A stretch of 18,636 bases of DNA. Origin: Candidatus Iainarchaeum sp. Lineage in GTDB: Archaea; Iainarchaeota; Iainarchaeia; Iainarchaeales; CSSED10-239. Positions within the stretch are counted from its first letter, which is position 1, and each line of letters opens with the position of its first letter. The notes beneath the pieces are model-generated. The model searched no databases. It saw only the letters and a list, made by a program, of their open reading frames with translations, and had not been told where the DNA came from. Positions 14,522 through 18,636 of this stretch are shown one piece after another. A program made the translations under genes and the position numbers. The stretch lies in the NCBI GenBank assembly GCA_028700905.1, contig JAQVRT010000006.1, positions 1 to 18,636 on the forward strand, in the 5' to 3' direction.

Positions 14522-15211
14522 ATGATTAAAAATATTATTGAAGTAAATAAACTTGAAAGAATATATTCTAATGGAATTGTTAAAACTTATGCCTTAAAAG
14601 ACGTTTCTTTAAGTATAAAACCTGGTGAATTTGTTGCAATTATGGGGCCTAGTGGTTCTGGAAAAAGCACTTTACTTCATCAGTTAGGACTGTTAGATAC
14701 TCCAACTAATGGAAGTATTATTATTGATAATGAAGATGTATCGAAATTAACTGATAAACAAAAAACTACCTTTAGATTAGAAAAATTAGGTTATGTTTTT
14801 CAGTCATATAATTTATTACCAGAACTTAATGTTATTGAAAATGTTTTTTTAACCTCTATGGCTAAAGGTTTAGATCCTAAAGAATATAATTTGAGAGCAA
14901 AAGATATTCTTGAAAAAGTAGGTTTAAAAGATAGATTGTATTATTATCCTTCTGAACTTTCTGGAGGTCAACAACAAAGAGTTTCTATTGCAAGAGCATT
15001 AGTTAATAAACCTAAAATTTTATTTGCAGATGAACCAACTGCAAATCTTGATTCTGATTCTTCTCAAGATATAATTGATTTATTTAAAAAATTAAATAAA
15101 GAAATTAATCAAACTATTGTTATGGTAACACATGAATTAGAAGAAGGTAAAAAAGCAGATAGGATAATTTGGATTAAAGATGGTATTCTAGATAAGTCTG
15201 TAAAAGTTTAA
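14522..15211 (+). CDS. ABC transporter ATP-binding protein (MacB/LolD-like, COG1136 type)
   Basis: Walker A GPSGSGKST (14645-14671), Q-loop FQSYNLLP, signature LSGGQQQRVSIARAL, Walker B ILFADEPT and H-loop VTHE are all present. SD GGAGG lies inside the permease stop region, 3 nt after the permease stop. Confidence 0.95.
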   Translation: MIKNIIEVNKLERIYSNGIVKTYALKDVSLSIKPGEFVAIMGPSGSGKSTLLHQLGLLDTPTNGSIIIDNEDVSKLTDKQKTTFRLEKLGYVFQSYNLLPELNVIENVFLTSMAKGLDPKEYNLRAKDILEKVGLKDRLYYYPSELSGGQQQRVSIARALVNKPKILFADEPTANLDSDSSQDIIDLFKKLNKEINQTIVMVTHELEEGKKADRIIWIKDGILDKSVKV

Positions 15212-15312
15212 CTATTTATAAATAAAATATTTAATATTTTTATTATAACTATATTTTAAATAAAATTTAGATCTATAGATATTTTTATATATTTTATTAA
15301 TATAGTTTATTT

Positions 15313-15821
15313 ATGAAGTCAAGATATATTTTATTAGTTTTAATATTGTTAATTATAATTATAGGTTTTATTATATTTTATAATAAATCAAATTCTAATT
15401 ATTTTTTAAAAAATAATATTTTGGATAATAATTTATCTGTAGAAGAAATAAATGCTTTAAACGCAACTTTAAATGATGAATATAAAGCAGAAGCTACTAT
15501 CAAAAAGTTATTAATAAATTTGGAAATGTTCCACCTTTTGTAAATATTATGTCTGCTGAACAAAAACATAGTTCTTCTTTAATTATGTTATATAATAAAT
15601 ATAATTTAACTATTCCAGAAAATGATTGGTATAATGAAGTTCCAGAATATGAAAGTGTTCAAGAAGCTTGTAAAGCAGGAGTTAATGCTGAAATTGAGAA
15701 TGCTGCTTTATATGATGAAATGATGAAAAATATAACTCATGAAGATATAATTCAAGTTTTTAATTCCTTAAAAAATGCTTCTTTAGAAAAATATCTTCCT
15801 GCTTTTGAAAGATGTTCTTAA
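15313..15821 (+). pseudogene. DUF2202 (ferritin-like) membrane-anchored protein split by a 1-nt frame change near 15496-15507
   Basis: ORF 15313-15543 encodes a TM anchor plus LSVEEINALNATLNDEYKAEAT. The -1 frame, open from 15486, continues YQKVINKFGNVPPFVNIMSAEQKHSSSLIMLYNKYNLTIP...VNAEIENAALYDEMM...DIIQVFNSLKNAS...LPAFERC. This runs colinear with the DUF2202 consensus (EEKLARDVY......F.NI..SEQ.H......L..KY.L..P ... IE..D...Y ... S..HL.AF). The two track ORFs are therefore one gene. Confidence 0.75.
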
Positions 15822-15851
15822 TTAGTTGTATTAAATTTCATTTTTCTTTGA

Positions 15852-15873
15852 GGTTCAATTCCCGCCAGAAGCT
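15852..15873 (+). other. tRNA 3'-end-like fragment (T-loop, 3' T-stem and 3' acceptor strand) without the rest of a cloverleaf
   Basis: GG-TTCAATT-CCCGC-CAGAAGC-T has a canonical T-loop (TTCRANY) and GC-rich flanks unlike the surrounding spacer. The 5' T-stem partner (expected GCGGG) is TGAGG, so there is no intact T-arm. Confidence 0.3.
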
Positions 15874-15959
15874 TTGCTTTTTAATTTATGTTATTTTAAT
15901 TTATTTTTTATTACTTTTAGAAATAAATCTATTTAAATAGTTTATTTTTATATATATGT

Positions 15960-15975
15960 ATTATTCGCGAATAAT
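15960..15975 (+). promoter_or_regulatory. Perfect 16-bp palindrome ATTATTCGCGAATAAT between a TATA-like box and the SD of the RNA-ligase-like gene; candidate operator
   Basis: The sequence is perfectly self-complementary with a CGCG core, which is rare in this spacer. TATA-like tttatttttatatatat lies at about 15941-15957 just upstream, and SD GAGGTGG at 15992-15998 lies downstream. Confidence 0.5.
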
Positions 15976-16002
15976 GTTGGACAAAAATTTTGAGGTGGTT
16001 GT

Positions 16003-16677
16003 GTGTTTGATATCGCAGATTTTCCAAAATTAGAATCTCCCTTTATAAGAAAAACTATTAATGAAAAATATATAGTAACTTTTGAGATTAATCCTAAATA
16101 TAAATGGATTTTTAATAGAAACATTGTTTTAGCTTCAGAAAAGATAGATGGAACTAATGTTTCAATAATTATAAATAAAGGAAAAATAATTGATATATAC
16201 AATAGAAAAAATAAAATTGAAATATTAGCAAATAAAAAATATTTTAGATTTATAGATGGTATCAACTATGCCTTATATAAAGAATTATTTAGAACAAATA
16301 AATCTATGCAAATATTTGGAGAATTAATTGGGCCAACAGTTAATGGAAATCCCTATAATGAAGTAAGAAACATATGGGTGCCTTTTTCTTACTTAAAAGA
16401 AAAATGTGAATTTAAATTTTGGAATAAATTTTTAGAAGAAGAAATTGACGGTAAAGATTTAAGCGAAAAAGAAATATTTGAAAAAACATCAAATATTTTT
16501 AAAAATCTTTGGAGTCTTTATTATAGAAGAAAAACAGGCGAAAAGATATTTGCTGAAGGAATTGTATTTTATAATAAAGAAACTGGAGAGATGTGTAAAC
16601 TAAGAAGAGATATGTTTGATTGGTATGAAGGAATTAGTCATGATTTTTTTAAAGCTAAAGCAAAAAAAGATCTATAA
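16003..16677 (+). CDS. Minimal RNA-ligase-like covalent nucleotidyltransferase (KxDG superfamily, Rnl/DRB0094-like), 224 aa
   Basis: Motif I is SEKIDGTN, with the Lys codon at 16141-16143. Motif III-like is IFGELIGP, motif IV-like is AEGIVFY and motif V-like is MCKLRR. The N-terminal PKLESPF string is common in the RNA_ligase family. GTG start 16003 lies 4 nt after SD GAGGTGG. Confidence 0.7.
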   Translation: MFDIADFPKLESPFIRKTINEKYIVTFEINPKYKWIFNRNIVLASEKIDGTNVSIIINKGKIIDIYNRKNKIEILANKKYFRFIDGINYALYKELFRTNKSMQIFGELIGPTVNGNPYNEVRNIWVPFSYLKEKCEFKFWNKFLEEEIDGKDLSEKEIFEKTSNIFKNLWSLYYRRKTGEKIFAEGIVFYNKETGEMCKLRRDMFDWYEGISHDFFKAKAKKDL

Positions 16678-16701
16678 TATTTAATTTTTATAAATATATT
16701 T

Positions 16702-16758
16702 TGTATTACTCACATCTGTGTATTACTCACAATCTTTTTAAATGTTTTGAGTAATACA
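16702..16758 (+). promoter_or_regulatory. Three copies of an 11-13-nt motif (two direct, one inverted) between a TATA-like box and the fic start codon
   Basis: TGTATTACTCACA occurs at 16702-16714 and again at 16719-16731, a 17-nt period. The inverted copy TGAGTAATACA is at 16748-16758, 5 nt before ATG 16764. Copies 2 and 3 form a perfect 11-bp inverted repeat with an 18-nt spacer. TATA-like tttttataaatatatt is at 16686-16700. Confidence 0.6.
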
Positions 16759-16763
16759 TATTT

Positions 16764-17699
16764 ATGAGTTATTTATCTAAACTTAAAAGAAATAATAAAA
16801 CATATTATTATCTTGTAGAAAATATTCCTATATCTAAAGGTAGGCGAAAACAAATTAGAAAATATATAGGGACAATTAAACCTACAGATCAAAAATTATC
16901 TTTAGAACTATTAAAGTTTGAAAAAGAAATTACTTCTAAAAAAAAACAAATGCAAGGATTTACCTATTTAACTAAAGAAGAAATAAAAGAAGTAGATGAA
17001 ATTAATTCAAATTTTTGGAAAAAATATAATAAATTATCAAAAACTGAGAGAGAAGAATTTTGGAATAATTTTATTGGAATTTTTGTTTTTAACACAAACT
17101 CAATAGAAGGTTCAACTTTAACATTAAAGGAAGTTGAACTACTATTATCTGAAAATATATCTCCAAATAGACCTTTAGAAGATGTTTTAGAAGCAAAATC
17201 TGCAAAAAAAGCAATTAATTTTATTTTAAATTATAAATCTGATTTGTCAATAGATTTAATTACTAAACTTCATAAAATATATTTTAAAGAAAGCTTTCCA
17301 GATATAGCTGGTAAATTTAAAAGATTAAATAATAGAATAAAAGGATCAAAATTTGATACTACTCCAAAAGAACTAGTTTTAACTGATTTAAAAATACTTA
17401 TAGATAATTATAAAAAATTTAAAAAAGAATTACATCCAATAGAATTATCTGCTTGGTTGCATTGGTCTTTTGTAAAAATTCATCCTTTTCAAGATGGAAA
17501 TGGAAGAATTTCAAGATTACTTATGAATTTTATACTTTTTAAAAATAAATATGCTTTAATAGATATTAAAACAAAAGAAAAACAAACATATTTTAATTCT
17601 CTTGAAAAATGTAATTATTTGAATAATGGAAAACCATTAGCTCAAAGATTAGTTAGAAGATTTAAAAAACAGTATAAAAATATATTTTCAAATTTATAG
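16764..17699 (+). CDS. Fic-domain protein (AMPylase/phosphotransferase family) with an internal N-terminal inhibitory-helix motif
   Basis: The canonical Fic motif HPFQDGNGRISR (17481-17516) matches HxFx(D/E)GNGRxxR. TNSIEG (17094-17111) matches the (S/T)xxxE(G/N) alpha-inh motif N-terminal to the core, the class II arrangement. Confidence 0.92.
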   Translation: MSYLSKLKRNNKTYYYLVENIPISKGRRKQIRKYIGTIKPTDQKLSLELLKFEKEITSKKKQMQGFTYLTKEEIKEVDEINSNFWKKYNKLSKTEREEFWNNFIGIFVFNTNSIEGSTLTLKEVELLLSENISPNRPLEDVLEAKSAKKAINFILNYKSDLSIDLITKLHKIYFKESFPDIAGKFKRLNNRIKGSKFDTTPKELVLTDLKILIDNYKKFKKELHPIELSAWLHWSFVKIHPFQDGNGRISRLLMNFILFKNKYALIDIKTKEKQTYFNSLEKCNYLNNGKPLAQRLVRRFKKQYKNIFSNL

Positions 17700-17728
17700 T
17701 TTTATTAATTTTTTTTTAAAAGAAAAAA

Positions 17729-18475
17729 CTATTTATAACTTAAAAGTTTCTTAACATCAATATTTTCATTAAAGATCTCTTTTGACATACCTTGAACATG
17801 CCCAGCACCAACAACAACCACAATGCTGTTAACATCTTCTTGTTCTAAGATCTGTCTAATACCATAAGCCATAAACTGATCTCTTTCATCAATCATTATT
17901 CTTTTTAATGTTTTATGTCTTTTCATGAAAATTTCAAGAAGTTTATTTAGTTTTTCACCGCTTTCTTCATCATCAACACTTTTTAAAATAGTATTAACAT
18001 CAAAGTCTTTTCCAAGTTCTTTTCTTGTATTAAATCCTCCAAAGAAAAGCCTAAATTTATCTCTAAAGGTTAAATTTTTTAAAAGTTTACTTAAAGTAAA
18101 CTCTGCATCTCTATCAAGAAGTAAAAGTTTTGATTTATTCTCTTGAGCAGAAATAACTCCTTGCATCATTTCTTCTCCAGGAGTTGTATCAAATTTACTT
18201 GCAATTTTTTTTTGAAATTTTTGTAAAACGTAATATACTAAAAAAAGACCTGGCTTTTTAACTTTAAAAACATCTTTAAATCTAATCTCTCTTTTATTTT
18301 CTTTTGTCATCATGCTTTGAAATCTTTTTCTATCAAGCTCAATTCCAACAACATCAGGTTTTTCTAAATCAATAGTTTCTTTTACTTTTTCCTTACTTTT
18401 TTTAGAAATATGTGCTGTTCCAACAATAATTATTTTCTTATTATTATAAAAAATAGTTTTAATCATAATTTTCAC
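17729..18475 (-). CDS. TraB/PrgY-family protein (short, soluble-domain-only form)
   Basis: IIIVGTAHISKKSKEKVKETIDLEKPDVVGIELDRKR matches GTAHvS..S...V...I....PD.V.vEL...R, and VVVVGAGHVQGM matches the conserved GAGH. The 248-aa product is convergent with fic, separated by a 29-nt T/A-run spacer. Confidence 0.85.
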   Translation of the reverse strand: MKIMIKTIFYNNKKIIIVGTAHISKKSKEKVKETIDLEKPDVVGIELDRKRFQSMMTKENKREIRFKDVFKVKKPGLFLVYYVLQKFQKKIASKFDTTPGEEMMQGVISAQENKSKLLLLDRDAEFTLSKLLKNLTFRDKFRLFFGGFNTRKELGKDFDVNTILKSVDDEESGEKLNKLLEIFMKRHKTLKRIMIDERDQFMAYGIRQILEQEDVNSIVVVVGAGHVQGMSKEIFNENIDVKKLLSYK

Positions 18476-18582
18476 TTAAAATAAACATTTAAATAGGTTT
18501 TTAATATATTATATATTATAAATATAGGAAACATTTTTAATATGTTTTTAAAATATTTAAATTAAGGAAAATCAAGATATAT

Positions 18583-18636
18583 ATGAAAAATAAGATACTA
18601 ATAATTTTTTTATTTACAATTTTACTTTCAACTTTT
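18583..18636 (+). CDS. 5' end of a gene encoding a protein with an N-terminal signal/anchor sequence (runs off the window)
   Basis: ATG 18583 is preceded by AAGGAAA at 18564-18570. It encodes MKNKILIIFLFTILLSTF, a basic n-region plus hydrophobic core. Only 18 codons are visible. Confidence 0.4.
   Translation, partial: MKNKILIIFLFTILLSTF

Noticed and set aside
15313-15821. Treating 15313-15543 and 15549-15821 as two separate small genes.
   Set aside because: The second frame is open from 15486. Its upstream residues (YQKVINKFGNVPPFVNI) continue the same DUF2202 domain begun in the first ORF, so this is one gene with a frame break.
15777-15873. A possible complete, intron-containing tRNA. GCTTCTT at 15777-15783 can pair 6/7 with the acceptor-like CAGAAGC at 15866-15872.
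   Set aside because: The intervening sequence has no D-arm (no GG, no pairing), no anticodon stem and a mismatched 5' T-stem (TGAGG versus CCCGC). It also lies inside the DUF2202 coding frame. Only the 3' fragment is retained, as a low-confidence scar.
15929-15940. 12-bp palindrome CTATTTAAATAG, and the 10-bp ATCTATAGAT at 15271-15280.
   Set aside because: Both lie in near-pure A/T spacers where such short palindromes are expected by chance, and they may simply be TATA-like sequence. Only the CGCG-containing 16-mer was retained.
15948-16265. Minus-strand 105-aa hydrophobic ORF overlapping the 5' part of the RNA-ligase-like gene.
   Set aside because: The + strand frame carries the KxDG ligase motif plus an SD-linked start. 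The minus ORF is an I/L/F-rich artefact of AT-rich antisense sequence.
17925-18146. Plus-strand 73-aa S/L-rich ORF inside the TraB gene.
   Set aside because: It is antisense to a gene with clear TraB motifs and has low-complexity composition.
1-18636. CRISPR arrays, rRNA genes, IS elements, transposases or integrases.
   Set aside because: I found no regularly spaced direct repeats, no rRNA-like GC-rich tracts and no DDE, tyrosine- or serine-recombinase motifs in any listed ORF.

Overview
Very AT-rich archaeal window with standard stop codons and AGGTGA/GGAGG Shine-Dalgarno sites 4-9 nt upstream of most starts. The small, trimmed proteins and large surface proteins suggest a DPANN-like lineage, which is inference only. 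There are three blocks. (1) 1-3800: the 3' end of a secreted protein, then a 983-aa surface protein with an archaeal class III (type IV pilin-like) signal peptide fused to a repeat-rich adhesin body. (2) 3900-10470: the conserved archaeal information-processing cluster, all on the + strand: L7Ae-S28e-L24e, aIF5B-S6e-aIF2gamma-PIN(Fcf1-like)-Rpo7/RpoE-Spt4, and S24e-S27ae. Several of these proteins carry unusual Lys/Glu-rich low-complexity tails, and aIF2gamma has lost its zinc-knuckle cysteines. (3) 10580-18636: an accessory-looking region. It holds a minimal CPBP protease and a 445-bp intergenic spacer with a GC-enriched, hairpin-containing candidate ncRNA. A tight five-gene operon follows (PadR, small membrane protein, CARDB-like surface protein, FtsX/MacB-type permease, ABC ATPase), preceded by a 27-bp palindromic operator. 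After that come a frameshifted DUF2202 ferritin-like gene, a tRNA 3'-end-like fragment, a minimal RNA-ligase-like nucleotidyltransferase and a class II-type Fic protein (each with its own conspicuous palindrome or repeat operator), a short TraB-family gene on the minus strand, and the start of a secreted protein. I recognised no rRNA, intact tRNA, CRISPR array, transposase or integrase. The best novelty candidates are the modular pilin-adhesin with its duplicated unassigned 4-Cys C-terminal module, the PadR/CARDB/MacB-type operon, the Rnl-like/Fic pair, and the unassigned structured-RNA candidate at about 11175-11312. All family assignments come from motif recognition by eye and no searches were run.
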